Shown: positions 1 through 9,745, counted from the first letter of the stretch. The stretch is DNA of 64,000 nt from Candidatus Limnocylindrus sp. (GCA_040397235.1 JBBAWH010000003.1:4038-68037); one strand, 5' to 3'. Numbers and translations: made by a program. Notes: generated from the letters alone by a model not told the origin.

Positions 1-440
1 CCACCCACGCGGTGCAGAGCGACGTTGGCCTGGCGCAACTAGCAATTCTTGAAGATGAAGGACTCGACCCGGCACGCATTGTCATTGGCCACTGCGACTC
101 GCATCCGCGCATTGAACATTGGCGCGAGATCGTACGACGCGGCGCACATGTTGAGGCTGACTTCTTAGGGATGAGCTTTACGCCGCTTGAGCGCGCTGGT
201 GAGCCGAAGGTCGTGGAGTTGATCGGCACGCTCTTGAACGAAGGATTTGAGAAGCAGATTCTGCTGAGCCAAGATGTTTGCCACGACTCGCAGCTCGCCT
301 CGTACGGCGGCAACGGCTACACCTATCTGCAGAAAACTTTCCTGCCGCGGCTGGCTGCTGCGGGCGTGAACGCGGCAACGATCAAGACGATCACCGTCGA
401 GAATCCGGCGCGACTCTTAACGCTGCGTAAGCCCGCCTAG
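1..440 (+). CDS. Phosphotriesterase-family (PTER/Php-like) metal-dependent hydrolase, C-terminal part (5' end outside window)
   Basis: ORF 12..440 has no start within the window and its frame continues to the window edge. Motifs GHCDSH and LLSQDVCH are typical of the PTE/PHP amidohydrolase fold. Confidence 0.6.
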   Translation, partial: THAVQSDVGLAQLAILEDEGLDPARIVIGHCDSHPRIEHWREIVRRGAHVEADFLGMSFTPLERAGEPKVVELIGTLLNEGFEKQILLSQDVCHDSQLASYGGNGYTYLQKTFLPRLAAAGVNAATIKTITVENPARLLTLRKPA

Positions 441-1390
441 CGGCGCGCCGCGACCAGCACCCCCGCAAAGAGGATCAGCGCGCCGAGCAGTTGCCCGGGT
501 GCTGGGATCTCGCCGAAGATCAGCGCCCCCGCAACCACGGTCATCAGCGGCTGCACAAAGAGGAGCACCGAGCCGACGACACTCGGAAGATGCGGAATCG
601 AGGCATTGATCAGCGGGTAGCCGAGCACCTGCGACATGAGGGCGAGGAGCACGAGGTAGCCGATCCCTGGCCAGAGGTCGGGTGGGAGGAGCGTTCCACC
701 AGCCGCGGCGATGATCCCCGAAACGAGGATCATGCCGATCGCTGCGTCACGCAGCATGCCGAATGGCCCTACGGCGCTCGAGCCCGAGGAGATGCGGCGC
801 GTGATCACCAGGTAGAGGCCGTAGAAGCTCGCCGCGCCGAGCCCCCAGAGCACGCCGAGTGCTGGATCGCTGCCGGCCGACACGTTGAGTGCTCCGGCAA
901 ACGGATCCACCACCTGGGCCAGCAGAAGCAGTCCGAGGAAGGCGAAGGGAATCGCCGCGACGGCACGGCCTGGCGTGCGCTCCCCCATCAGTGCGGCATA
1001 TAGGCCAACGATGAAGACCTGCGCGTTCGGCACCACGGTCGCCAGGCCCACGCCAAGCAACGGAATAGAGATGTGGAAGCACTGCAGGTCGAGGGCGAAG
1101 AGTGCGCCAGCGCCGACGGCGAGCAGACGATCACGACGTTTGGCCGTGTGCCCTTCGCGGCGTGCGATGAACCAGAGAAACGGCAGTGATATCACCCCGC
1201 GAAAGAGGGTGACGACCGCAGGTGAGCCGCCAGAGAGCTTGGCCAGCGTTGAGGATTGTGAGATCGCCAGGGCCCCAAGCGCCGCGCCGAGTCGCGGATG
1301 TCGAGTGGCGAATCCGAGTGGTGCTGATGGCATTGCTGCAGGGTACACGGCGTCGCTCCTAGACGCAGAGCTGCCGCAGCTTACCCGCAA
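437..1390 (-). CDS. DMT/EamA-family transporter
   Basis: 317 aa, about 10 predicted hydrophobic helices, EamA-like duplicated architecture. The true start may be an internal Met near 1333. Confidence 0.6.
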   Translation of the reverse strand: MRVSCGSSASRSDAVYPAAMPSAPLGFATRHPRLGAALGALAISQSSTLAKLSGGSPAVVTLFRGVISLPFLWFIARREGHTAKRRDRLLAVGAGALFALDLQCFHISIPLLGVGLATVVPNAQVFIVGLYAALMGERTPGRAVAAIPFAFLGLLLLAQVVDPFAGALNVSAGSDPALGVLWGLGAASFYGLYLVITRRISSGSSAVGPFGMLRDAAIGMILVSGIIAAAGGTLLPPDLWPGIGYLVLLALMSQVLGYPLINASIPHLPSVVGSVLLFVQPLMTVVAGALIFGEIPAPGQLLGALILFAGVLVAARR

Positions 1391-1429
1391 GTGAGCTGCG
1401 GCGACTCGTTGTTATTGGGCAGCTAGAGC

Positions 1430-1951
1430 TTAGTCGTCGTCGCCGTCCTCGTCTTCGTCTTCTTCTTCGTCCTCATCGTCATCTTCGTCGTCGTCTTCAT
1501 CTTCGTCCTCATCGTCATCTTCGTCGTCGTCTTCATCTTCGTCGTCCAAGCCGCCTACTGGTGGCGGAGAGACAATCGGGTCAGTGCCAGGGGCTGGATC
1601 AACGACGGGCACCTCGGTTGGTGCCGGCGTGACATCAACGACAGGCGTTGGGTCCACTGACGGAACGGGCGACTCGTCAACCACAACTGCGGCCTCAGCG
1701 CCACCGAGTGGCGGCAAAATGCCTGCCTCGCTTGCGAACGCGCTGCCGATCGAGAGGCCGAATCCGGCGGCCAGTACGAAGGCGACAATCGTTGAAACTG
1801 GGTGGCGACCACTGGAGACCGCCTGCGGTGCGTACTCGGGGCGCCATGGCTTCATCGGTGCGAGTTCCTGGCCCTCGAATGAACTCTTCTTCTCTGCCAT
1901 CAGATTGCTCCTTTCAATCGCCGCGGCTATCGCCTCGGTCGCTATAGCCAT
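1430..1951 (-). CDS. Single-pass membrane protein with Pro-rich extracytoplasmic region and about 50-residue poly-Asp/Glu C-terminal tail
   Basis: 173 aa with an N-terminal cytoplasmic segment and one TM (STIVAFVLAAGFGLSIGSAFA). A PVxDP-rich linker is followed by a DEDEDDDEDDD... tail encoded by an exact 36-bp tandem duplication (1469..1504 and 1505..1540). Confidence 0.5.
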   Translation of the reverse strand: MAIATEAIAAAIERSNLMAEKKSSFEGQELAPMKPWRPEYAPQAVSSGRHPVSTIVAFVLAAGFGLSIGSAFASEAGILPPLGGAEAAVVVDESPVPSVDPTPVVDVTPAPTEVPVVDPAPGTDPIVSPPPVGGLDDEDEDDDEDDDEDEDEDDDEDDDEDEEEDEDEDGDDD

Positions 1952-2110
1952 GATCGGTGCCTGGCGGTGCGGGCGTCCTGTGTGAGCACACAGGAACTCG
2001 TGAGAAGTCGCTAATAAATGAAGCTAGATCGTGCGGGACCGGAACTCCTCGGTGGCGGTGAGCACCCCGTCGGTGTCCATCAAAACCTGCGCTCCGCCGC
2101 GTGAGGAGGT

Positions 2111-3076
2111 TCAAATCTTCGTGGTCCACGCCAAGGTGAGCGGCACCACCAGGCTCTCCCCCGCCTTGAGCTGGATCGCGCCACCTCGGTGGAGTGCATC
2201 TGGGGGGCCCACCTGCGGTTCGACACAGAGGGCATCGTCGGGGTCGTAGACCATCCAGTGCGTCACGGCTGGCCCTGCGTTGAGGGTGAGCGTGAGCGCG
2301 TCACCCCAGGCGATCTGTGGCGGCGCGGTGACACCCACGAAGGGGTCATCCCAGACTGCACCGGATCCTGGGGCGGCAACGCCGCCATCAACGGCCGGTT
2401 GCACCGCATCAACAAGATGCAAGCCGGGCATCGCTGCATCGCGCGCCAACACGCCCGTCGGTGCAAAGGCCAGCACCCCCTCGACACCCGTCTCGCGGCG
2501 TTCTGTGGCGTCTAACAAGAAGCGACGGAAGCAGGGGTGCCACCCCGCAGTGACGAGCTGTGCCGCTTCTGCCGTAATGGTCAGCGTGATCGTGAGGGCA
2601 CCAGCTGCGGCGTTTCCTGTCAGCGCCGCAGCAACTGCGGCTCGTGCGTTGAGTGGCCAGCCAGCGGCGCGATCAAGCGGCGCGTACATCACCGCCGAGG
2701 TGCCGTCACCTGCAACGCTCTGCTCGTTTGCGCTGTTCTGGTAGAGGCGGCCGTGAAAGGCGTGATCGCCCCAGGTTGGTGGGAACTGGTGCGTGACGCC
2801 CACGAGGTCGGTGAACGTGGCGTTTGCCATGCGCCCGGCCCACGGCGCCATCGGAAAGATCCCCCACGTTGCGGGGTGACCATTTTCACGGACCAGAAGT
2901 TCGCGATCGCCAATGACGATGCTGCCAACGCGAAGGCCGGCATCAGGCAGCAGGGTGACCGAAACGCCATCAATACCAAGAGTGATCGCGGTCGCCTGCA
3001 GGTAATCAGGAACCTGCGGATGCACCTCAGGCTCAGAAGAAGGCGTGAGGTGCGGATGTCGCGCGCTGCGAATCAT
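2111..3076 (-). CDS. Aldose 1-epimerase (galactose mutarotase-like) family protein
   Basis: 321 aa. The HGRLY and HPCF-like motifs and overall mutarotase-like pattern match the family. It overlaps the upstream ybaK stop by 4 nt. Confidence 0.6.
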   Translation of the reverse strand: MIRSARHPHLTPSSEPEVHPQVPDYLQATAITLGIDGVSVTLLPDAGLRVGSIVIGDRELLVRENGHPATWGIFPMAPWAGRMANATFTDLVGVTHQFPPTWGDHAFHGRLYQNSANEQSVAGDGTSAVMYAPLDRAAGWPLNARAAVAAALTGNAAAGALTITLTITAEAAQLVTAGWHPCFRRFLLDATERRETGVEGVLAFAPTGVLARDAAMPGLHLVDAVQPAVDGGVAAPGSGAVWDDPFVGVTAPPQIAWGDALTLTLNAGPAVTHWMVYDPDDALCVEPQVGPPDALHRGGAIQLKAGESLVVPLTLAWTTKI

Positions 3077-3597
3077 CGCGTGACGCCGATCGGTGCCATA
3101 ACGCCCCCTCCAACTCGCAGGAGATCGGCGGGCGACAGTTCAATCGAGTGACCGCGCTGCCCCGCTGAGACGACGATCGTAGCGTGGGCACTCGCCCCAG
3201 AATCGAGGAGCAGCGGCAGCGGTCGCTTGGAGCCAAGCGGGCTCACGCCGCCCGGCACATAGCCCGTGACACGTCGCACGCTCTCGGCATCCGCGAGCGC
3301 CGCTCGCTTCGCACCTAACGCCACCGCAACCCCCTTCTCGGAGAGCTCGCCGCTGCTCGGCACCACCGCGAGAGCAAAGAGGAGTCGCGCATCCTTCGCC
3401 CCCTCGATAGCAAGGACGAGCGTCTTATAGAGACGATCAGGTGAGATGCCGAGGGCGGCTGCCGCTGCGTCGCCGTAGGCGATGCGCTCGCCGCGATGTT
3501 GGTCGATGCCACTGAGCGGCTCGAGCTCATATTCGTGCAGCGTGAACGGCACACCGTGCTCAGTGAGCAGTGCGATCACTGGAGTGCCAGCACCCAT
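3073..3597 (-). CDS. ybaK: Cys-tRNA(Pro)/Cys-tRNA(Cys) deacylase YbaK
   Basis: 174 aa with strong similarity to YbaK (VPFTLHEYE, LYKTLVL, TGYVPGGVSPLG, SAGQRGHSIELSP). Confidence 0.85.
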   Translation of the reverse strand: MGAGTPVIALLTEHGVPFTLHEYELEPLSGIDQHRGERIAYGDAAAAALGISPDRLYKTLVLAIEGAKDARLLFALAVVPSSGELSEKGVAVALGAKRAALADAESVRRVTGYVPGGVSPLGSKRPLPLLLDSGASAHATIVVSAGQRGHSIELSPADLLRVGGGVMAPIGVTR

Positions 3598-3603
3598 CGG
3601 GGG

Positions 3604-5172
3604 CTACCTCTTGGCGGCGAGCGGGATGCGCACGATCATGCGCGCACCACCACCAACGGCGGTCTCCGCGGCAATGGTGCCGTTATGGGCGGTAGCAATG
3701 CAGCGCGCGATGGCGAGGCCGAGCCCCGCGCCGCCGTGGCTGCGCGGCTGTCCGGCGCCGCGATAGAACGGCTCAAAGATGCGCTCGCGCTCGGAGAGTG
3801 GCACCCCTGGGCCTTCGTCATCGACCCAGATGGTGGCGAACCCTTCAGTGAAGCTGGTGCCAATGGTGATCGAACCTGAGGCCGGAGAGTGGCGGATGGC
3901 GTTTTCGACCAGGCCGAGCACCAGCTGAATCAGTCGATCGGTGTCGCCCGCGATGGTGAGGCGCTTTCGTCCGATGTTCGCACGCAGTCCAAGTCCGACG
4001 CGATTCGCCAGCGGTCCGGCGCGTTCGAGCACTTCACGTCCGACATCATCAAGATTGATCGGATGCAGATCAACGGTCACCATGCGCTCGCCACCCTCCG
4101 CGTTCGTCTGTCGGCTTGAGAGGGTGAGGAGATCGGCGCTCAGGCGGCCGAGTCGCTCCGACTCCGCCGCAATGCCGCGCAGCAACTCGAGGCCCGCGGG
4201 CTTTACGAGCCCCTCGCGCTCCAAGATCTCAGCGCTCGAAAGAATTACCGAGGCAGGCGTGCGTAGCTCATGGGAGGCACTCGCCACCATGGCGCGCTCT
4301 CGCGCGGCGGCGGCGGCGATGGGGGCTAGGGCACGACGAGCGATCAACAGCGCCATCACCAGCGCGCCACCGAGTGATAGAAGCGCAACAAGCACCAGCG
4401 AGCCGAACAGGTTCTCCCGCTGGGCATCACGAACATCGAGACGACCTGCCACCTGCACATAGCCGAGCACCTTGCCGTTCGGGTCCTGCGGGTGCCGGAT
4501 CGGGGTGGTGACGACGCGGAACTCAGTGCGGCCAATCAACACAGTTTGCGCGGAGGGTCGCGTTGCCGTCGGGTCAATCAGGGTGATGACGGGGAATTCA
4601 ACTCCGCCTCCCGCCGAACGCGCGAGGATTGCACCGTTTATGTCGAGCACCGCCCACGGGCCGCCAGCGCCAAACTCTTCGTCGCTGATTCCGGGCGGAA
4701 TCGAAGGTGGTGCATCGGCACGATGGGCGCCAGAAATAACGATGAACACCACGTTGATTGCGGATGGCGCACGACCACTGTCGTCGTTGTCGTCTTCGTC
4801 ATCTGGCTTCTCCGACTCCTCTGGCTTCTCCGAATCTTCCGGCTTCTCCGACTCCTCTGGCTTCTCCGAATCTTCCGGCTCTTCTGGAGCGCTGGGGCTC
4901 GCGTTCGGATCGGGTGACTCTCCGGGTCCAGGAGAGGGCTCTGGGAGTGGTGGGAGCTCCTTTTGGATTTCGCTGACAATGCTCTGCGCCCGCGCCACCA
5001 GGGCGTTGTCGAGCCCAGCGTCGAGCGCGCTGTTGCCGGCCACGGCCCCACCAACGCCGACTACCGCCACGATCAGCGCCGTTGCGCCAAGGATGAAGAT
5101 CGACATCTGGCGACGGGTGCGCGCCAAGAGCGCCTCAATTCCCTCGCCGCTGAATTCGTCGCGAAGCGGCAC
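3604..5172 (-). CDS. Sensor histidine kinase (two TM helices, periplasmic acidic-repeat domain, HisKA + HATPase_c)
   Basis: H-box SHELRTPAS, and G-boxes in the C-terminal ATPase (GGAGLGLAIA). Two TM segments flank about 190 aa containing PEESEKPEDSEKPEESEKP repeats. Lies immediately downstream of the response regulator gene. Confidence 0.85.
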   Translation of the reverse strand: MPLRDEFSGEGIEALLARTRRQMSIFILGATALIVAVVGVGGAVAGNSALDAGLDNALVARAQSIVSEIQKELPPLPEPSPGPGESPDPNASPSAPEEPEDSEKPEESEKPEDSEKPEESEKPDDEDDNDDSGRAPSAINVVFIVISGAHRADAPPSIPPGISDEEFGAGGPWAVLDINGAILARSAGGGVEFPVITLIDPTATRPSAQTVLIGRTEFRVVTTPIRHPQDPNGKVLGYVQVAGRLDVRDAQRENLFGSLVLVALLSLGGALVMALLIARRALAPIAAAAARERAMVASASHELRTPASVILSSAEILEREGLVKPAGLELLRGIAAESERLGRLSADLLTLSSRQTNAEGGERMVTVDLHPINLDDVGREVLERAGPLANRVGLGLRANIGRKRLTIAGDTDRLIQLVLGLVENAIRHSPASGSITIGTSFTEGFATIWVDDEGPGVPLSERERIFEPFYRGAGQPRSHGGAGLGLAIARCIATAHNGTIAAETAVGGGARMIVRIPLAAKR

Positions 5173-5174
5173 GG

Positions 5175-5867
5175 CTACTTCTCTTTTGGTGCGTCGGCCA
5201 ACCGATAGCCAACGCCGCGCACGGTCTTTAGCAAGTCGTTAAAGCCTGCCTCTTCAAACTTCTTGCGCAGATAGTGCACATAGAGATCCACCACGTTGGA
5301 GTAGACATCGGGCTCGGCTCCCCACACCTCGTCGAGCAGCTGCTGCCGGGTCAGGGCGATCCCACGATTACGAATCAGGTAGGCGATGAGGGCGTACTCG
5401 CGCGCCGAGAGATCAATAACCTTCTCGCCCGCGGTGAAGGCGTGACGGCCCTCATCAAGCAGTAGGCCTGGCACCACCTCGCGCTCGGCTTCGCCGCTCG
5501 CCGACATCTCACCGCGACGGCCGAGGGCACGCACGCGCGCCAACAGTTCCGTGGCGGCGAATGGCTTGGTCAGGTAGTCGTCGGCGCCCGAGTCGAGCCC
5601 CTCGACGCGGTCGTCAACGGTACCGAGGGCGGTGAGCATCAGGACCGGCGTGGTGTCGCCGGCGTGACGGCGGTCGCGCAGAATCGATGAGCCCTCAAGA
5701 TCCGGGAGCATGCGATCAAGAATGATGAGATCCCACGATGCCGACTCCCAGAACGAGATGCCGTCAGCGCCGGTCGCAGAGAGCTGCACGGTATGGCGCT
5801 CGGCGGTAAGGAGTCGCGCAATCAGCGGCCCAAGTCGAGCGTCGTCTTCGATGAGGAGAATCTTCAT
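5175..5867 (-). CDS. OmpR-family response regulator
   Basis: MKILLIEDD receiver N-terminus, with the phosphoacceptor Asp and a winged-helix C-terminus (VWG..., RKKFEE). The ORF extends to 5918 but the canonical start is MKILLIEDD at 5867. Confidence 0.85.
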   Translation of the reverse strand: MKILLIEDDARLGPLIARLLTAERHTVQLSATGADGISFWESASWDLIILDRMLPDLEGSSILRDRRHAGDTTPVLMLTALGTVDDRVEGLDSGADDYLTKPFAATELLARVRALGRRGEMSASGEAEREVVPGLLLDEGRHAFTAGEKVIDLSAREYALIAYLIRNRGIALTRQQLLDEVWGAEPDVYSNVVDLYVHYLRKKFEEAGFNDLLKTVRGVGYRLADAPKEK

Positions 5868-5965
5868 GTTCTGATCGTGGCGCGCATCAGCGGATCGGTC
5901 AAGCGAAATGACTCGCATCTTTGAGAATTCACATCTGCGTGCGGAGCAGATTGCGAGAGGATATG

Positions 5966-6041
5966 TGGTGCGCCCTGAGGGACTCGAACCCCCGACCCTC
6001 TGGTCCGAAGCCAGATGCTCTATCCGCTGAGCTAAGGGCGC
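5966..6041 (-). tRNA. tRNA-Arg (anticodon TCG), with encoded CCA
   Basis: Manual cloverleaf fold: acceptor GCGCCCT/AGGGCGC, D-stem GCTC/GAGC, anticodon stem TCTGG/CCAGA, loop CTTCGGA, T-loop TTCGAGT, then 3' ACCA. Confidence 0.8.
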
Positions 6042-6079
6042 ATGTGCGTATCTTGGCTTAGATCGCCGAGGAGCGGTAT

Positions 6080-7153
6080 CTAGCGGCGATAGGTGACGGT
6101 GCCGTCAGCGGCAACGCTGACCTCGATCGCGCGCAGCGGAGTGTTTGCTGGGCCCATGGTTACCTGTCCGGTGGCTGCGAAGCGTGCGCCATGGTTGGGG
6201 CACAAGAAGTCGCCACTCCCTGCCTGCCAATCAACGTTCGTTCCCTGATGGGTACAGGCGCGCTCAAAGGCACGGTAAGTGCTCCCGTCTTTCACCAGCA
6301 CCGCGTCGGTGCCCCCCGCAGAAAAGTTCAGCGCCTGCCCTGCGGCAAGGCTTGGTGCACCGCTGATCACCGTTCCCGCAGTAGGTGCTGAAGCTGACGG
6401 TGTTGCCGTGGGCTTCGGTGTCGCCCCCGATGATGGAGCGGCTGTTGGGCTCGCTGAGGAGGTTGGTGATGCGGAAGATGTTGGGCTCGCCCCAGGCGTT
6501 GACGATGGGGTGGGAGTTCCACCCCCAGTGATCGCTGAAACGGCGCGCGATCGATCCAACAGCAAGAGGGCAACGATTCCGGCGGCTACGCCCGTGCCGC
6601 TCACGAGGGCTGCGCGTCGCGCTGGATCATATGCCCGCTGTGCCGGCGCACCGAGGCGCAACGCCCCGCCGTCGCCGAGTGCCGCGAGCGCGAGCAACCC
6701 AACGAAGTACGGCAGGTCGTTGCCGTAGTAGTAGGGGCTCACGCCCCAGGTCGATGTCAGGGCAAGCGAGAGTGAGATGCCCGCGCCGAGCAGTGCGCCA
6801 TAGCGCACCCACGAGCCAGTCAGCAGTGATGCACCTACGAGCAGTTGGGCCCCGGCCATGAACGCGCCGATCAGCACCGGTTGCGGTAACGCTACGGCCT
6901 CCACGAGCCCGGCGAGCGGCCCACCCGATGCCACGAAGAAGCGCAGCGTCTCACCAATGGAGCCAACGCCCTCGGCTCGCAGAAAACGTGGATCAAGCAG
7001 GGTCTTATCGATGCCGGCATAGAGCATGGTGCCGCCGAGGAAGAGGCGGAGCACCACTGCGGCGACAGTGACAGACGCATACGGTGCGAGCGCAGCAGAG
7101 GCCCGACGCGCGAGCGACGGGCTCTTGTCTGGAGATGGTTTTGCTGTAGACAT
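6080..7153 (-). CDS. DoxX-family membrane domain fused to a C-terminal Rieske [2Fe-2S] domain via a Pro/Thr/Ser-rich linker
   Basis: The N-terminus has 4 TM helices (DoxX-like). The linker is SPTSSASPTSSASPTAAPSS..., and the C-terminus carries Rieske boxes CTHQG...CPNHG. Confidence 0.7.
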   Translation of the reverse strand: MSTAKPSPDKSPSLARRASAALAPYASVTVAAVVLRLFLGGTMLYAGIDKTLLDPRFLRAEGVGSIGETLRFFVASGGPLAGLVEAVALPQPVLIGAFMAGAQLLVGASLLTGSWVRYGALLGAGISLSLALTSTWGVSPYYYGNDLPYFVGLLALAALGDGGALRLGAPAQRAYDPARRAALVSGTGVAAGIVALLLLDRSRAVSAITGGGTPTPSSTPGASPTSSASPTSSASPTAAPSSGATPKPTATPSASAPTAGTVISGAPSLAAGQALNFSAGGTDAVLVKDGSTYRAFERACTHQGTNVDWQAGSGDFLCPNHGARFAATGQVTMGPANTPLRAIEVSVAADGTVTYRR

Positions 7154-7180
7154 AATGGAATTATATCCGAAGATTGAAAC

Positions 7181-7257
<77 letters not shown>

Positions 7258-7312
7258 ACCGATCCCGCATCGCGGGAGGGGAAGGATAGCGGATAGGCGC
7301 TACCCTTCGCCC

Positions 7313-8170
7313 ATGAACCAAGCTGCGAACGAGGTGATCCTGCAGGTCGCGCTGACCTTCGATCACGACGCCATCAGCTCGGACGTAGAGAAGGGGCATC
7401 TCCCCTTCGATCGCTCCACAGGCGAGTTCGGCCCGCGAGTTGGCCTGCCGCGAATCCTCAGCATTCTCGCGCGCGAATCGGTGCCCGCCACCTTCTTCGT
7501 GCCGGTGCATACCGCACACACATGGCCCGAGAGTCTCGCCGCCATCGTTGCCGGCGGCCATGAGGTTGGCTGCCACGGCTGGGCCCATGAAGATCACGCC
7601 GCCCTCCCCGCCAACGAAGAGCGCGACCTGATCACTCGCCAGAAGGCTGCCCTCGCCACCGCAGCCCATGCAGCCGGCTACACCGCACCGATCGTTGGCT
7701 TCCGCGCCCCCTACTGGTCGCTCTCCGAGCAGACGCTGCGCTTTGTTGAAGAGGCGGGCTTCACCTACGACTCGTCACTCGCCTGGGAGGAGACGCGCAT
7801 CACCCCCGTGCGCCATGGCGACAAGCACGCCATCGAACGTTCCACCCTCGGTACCGATGGCACGCTGCTCGAGGCGCCGATCAGCCACTGGCTCGACGAT
7901 TGGCCCTGGTTCGAACCGGGTCGCGGCGGCGGGCCCGCCTCACCCCCGAGCGCCTTCGCCGAGGTGGCGCTCGCCGAGCTGCGCCTCGCGCATGAGCGAG
8001 CACTCGCCGACAAGAGCCTGCGCAGGGGGGTGCTGACCTATACGTTCCACCCCGAGTGCATTGGGCGTGGGAGCCGTGCCGAGGTGCTCGAGGCGATCAT
8101 CGCCGCCGGGAAAGCACTCGGCGGCGTGCACTTCACGCGCCTTGATGCCGCAGTACACGCCGCCAAGTAA
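7313..8170 (+). CDS. Polysaccharide deacetylase (CE4 / NodB-homology) family protein
   Basis: TFDHD, FFVPV and GHEVGCHGW motifs. The track ORF starts at 7199 but that region overlaps tRNA-Pro, so the start was trimmed to MNQAANE at 7313. Confidence 0.75.
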   Translation: MNQAANEVILQVALTFDHDAISSDVEKGHLPFDRSTGEFGPRVGLPRILSILARESVPATFFVPVHTAHTWPESLAAIVAGGHEVGCHGWAHEDHAALPANEERDLITRQKAALATAAHAAGYTAPIVGFRAPYWSLSEQTLRFVEEAGFTYDSSLAWEETRITPVRHGDKHAIERSTLGTDGTLLEAPISHWLDDWPWFEPGRGGGPASPPSAFAEVALAELRLAHERALADKSLRRGVLTYTFHPECIGRGSRAEVLEAIIAAGKALGGVHFTRLDAAVHAAK

Positions 8171-8183
8171 CGAACGCTTGATC

Positions 8184-8199
8184 GTCGGGGTTCGCCCCG
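8184..8199. terminator. Bidirectional intrinsic terminator hairpin between convergent deacetylase and glnA genes
   Basis: tcgggg-ttcg-ccccga: a 6-bp GC-rich stem with a tetraloop in the 36-nt convergent gap. There is no obvious U-tract, as is usual in high-GC genomes. Confidence 0.4.
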
Positions 8200-8206
8200 A
8201 TCTGCC

Positions 8207-9589
8207 TTAGTAGAGCTCGAGGTAGCGCTCAACCTCCCAGTTCGAAACGTGCGTGCGGTACTCGTCCCACTCGGCCTGCTTGGCGTCGAGGAAGTGCGAG
8301 AGGATGTGCTCACCGAGTGCGCCGCAGATGACCGGGTTCGCCTTGAGCTCCCCGATCGCCTCAATCAGGCTGCCTGGCAGCTCCTGGATTCCCTTCTGCG
8401 CAACCCGCACGGCGTCCATCTCGTAGAGCGACTCCTCAACCGGGTCTGGCAGCACCATCTTCTTCTCGATGCCGTCAAGGCCCGCGGCGATCATCACCGC
8501 AAAGGCGAGGTATGGGTTCGCCGATGGGTCTGGGCAGCGCAGCTCCATGCGCGTTGCTTCAACCGAGCGGCCCGCCGAAATCATCGGCACGCGAATCAGT
8601 GCCGAACGATTGCGTCGACCCCACACCAGGTAGGTTGGCGCCTCGTATCCGGGAACCAGTCGTTTGTACGAGTTCACCGTTGGTGCCAACACCGCGATCA
8701 TTGAGCGCGCGTGCTTCAGAATTCCGGCCATGTACGACTTCGCGATTGGCGAAAGGCTGTACTTATCCTTCGCGTCGTAGAAGACGTTCTTGCCAGTCTT
8801 CAAACTAGCAAGGCTGATGTGCGTGTGCATGCCTGAACCGTTGATGCCGTAGATCGGCTTCGGCATGAAGCTCGCGTAGAGCCCGTGCTGCTTGGCGATC
8901 TCCTTCAGCGCGTACTTAAAGGTTGTGGCGTTGTCGGCGGTCGAGAGTGAGTCCGAATACTCGAAGTCAATCTCGTGCTGACCCGGTGCCACCTCGTGGT
9001 GCGCGGTTTCAATCTTGATGCCGAGCGCCTCAAGGGCGTCGACCATATCTTGGCGAACTTCAATTCCCTGGTCACCGGTGAAGTCGAAGTAGCCGGCCTT
9101 GTCGTGCGGCTTCGTTACCGGGTGACCATCGGCGCCGTACTCAAAGAGGAAGAACTCCAGCTCTGGCCCCATGTTCACCTTGTAGCCGAGCTTCGCTGCG
9201 CGCTCGACCTGGCGGCGCAGTGCGCCACGTGGATCACCCGCAAATGGTGAACCGTCAGGAAGGAGCACATCGCAGATCACGCGCGCCGTGCCAGCGCCGC
9301 TCTCAGCGGGAGCCCACGGCAGAATGCGCCACGTGTCCATGTCTGGGCGCAGCATCTGATCGCTCTCGGCGATGCGCGTGAAGCCCTCGACCGAAGAGCC
9401 GTCAAACCAGGTGCCGTGCTTAATCGCGTTCGGCATCATGTGGATTGGGATCTGCACGCTCTTCGTAATGCCGTGCAGGTCAACGAACTGCAGCTGCACG
9501 GTGCGAATGCCGGCCTTCTCGGCCTTGGCCACGGTGGCGAGTGCGGCCTTGGTTTCGGCCTCGGTGCGTGCTCCATACCCCTTCGACAT
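8207..9589 (-). CDS. glnA: Glutamine synthetase, type I
   Basis: Strong GS-I similarity along the whole 460 aa (VQLQFVDLHG, GPELEFFLF, MHTHISL, NSYKRLVPGYEAP). The start was set at MSKGYG (9589). The ORF's upstream extension to 9652 is unlikely. Confidence 0.9.
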   Translation of the reverse strand: MSKGYGARTEAETKAALATVAKAEKAGIRTVQLQFVDLHGITKSVQIPIHMMPNAIKHGTWFDGSSVEGFTRIAESDQMLRPDMDTWRILPWAPAESGAGTARVICDVLLPDGSPFAGDPRGALRRQVERAAKLGYKVNMGPELEFFLFEYGADGHPVTKPHDKAGYFDFTGDQGIEVRQDMVDALEALGIKIETAHHEVAPGQHEIDFEYSDSLSTADNATTFKYALKEIAKQHGLYASFMPKPIYGINGSGMHTHISLASLKTGKNVFYDAKDKYSLSPIAKSYMAGILKHARSMIAVLAPTVNSYKRLVPGYEAPTYLVWGRRNRSALIRVPMISAGRSVEATRMELRCPDPSANPYLAFAVMIAAGLDGIEKKMVLPDPVEESLYEMDAVRVAQKGIQELPGSLIEAIGELKANPVICGALGEHILSHFLDAKQAEWDEYRTHVSNWEVERYLELY

Positions 9590-9615
9590 GATCCCCCTCC
9601 GCCGGGCAGTGCCCG

Positions 9616-9640
9616 AATCTTGTGCGTACGGCACAGATTT
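9616..9640. promoter_or_regulatory. Imperfect palindrome TTGTGC-n5-GCACAG about 30-50 nt upstream of the glnA start; candidate operator
   Basis: aatcTTGTGCgtacgGCACAGattt. The half-site is shared with a second site at 9727..9745 (TTGTGatcttgCACAAgat). Confidence 0.3.
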
Positions 9641-9726
9641 CACCCCCTGCAAGCCAGGGGGGAAGCCGCCAAGGGGAGAATAGGGCCTTTCTGGAGGGCT
9701 TGGGTGCGGTTTAGGGGGTGGCTAGA

Positions 9727-9745
9727 TTGTGATCTTGCACAAGAT
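9727..9745. promoter_or_regulatory. Second TTGTG..CACAA inverted repeat, between the 938-aa gene stop and the glnA promoter
   Basis: ttgtgATCTTGcacaaGAT contains two overlapping inverted repeats, ttgtg/cacaa and atcttg/caagat. Confidence 0.25.
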
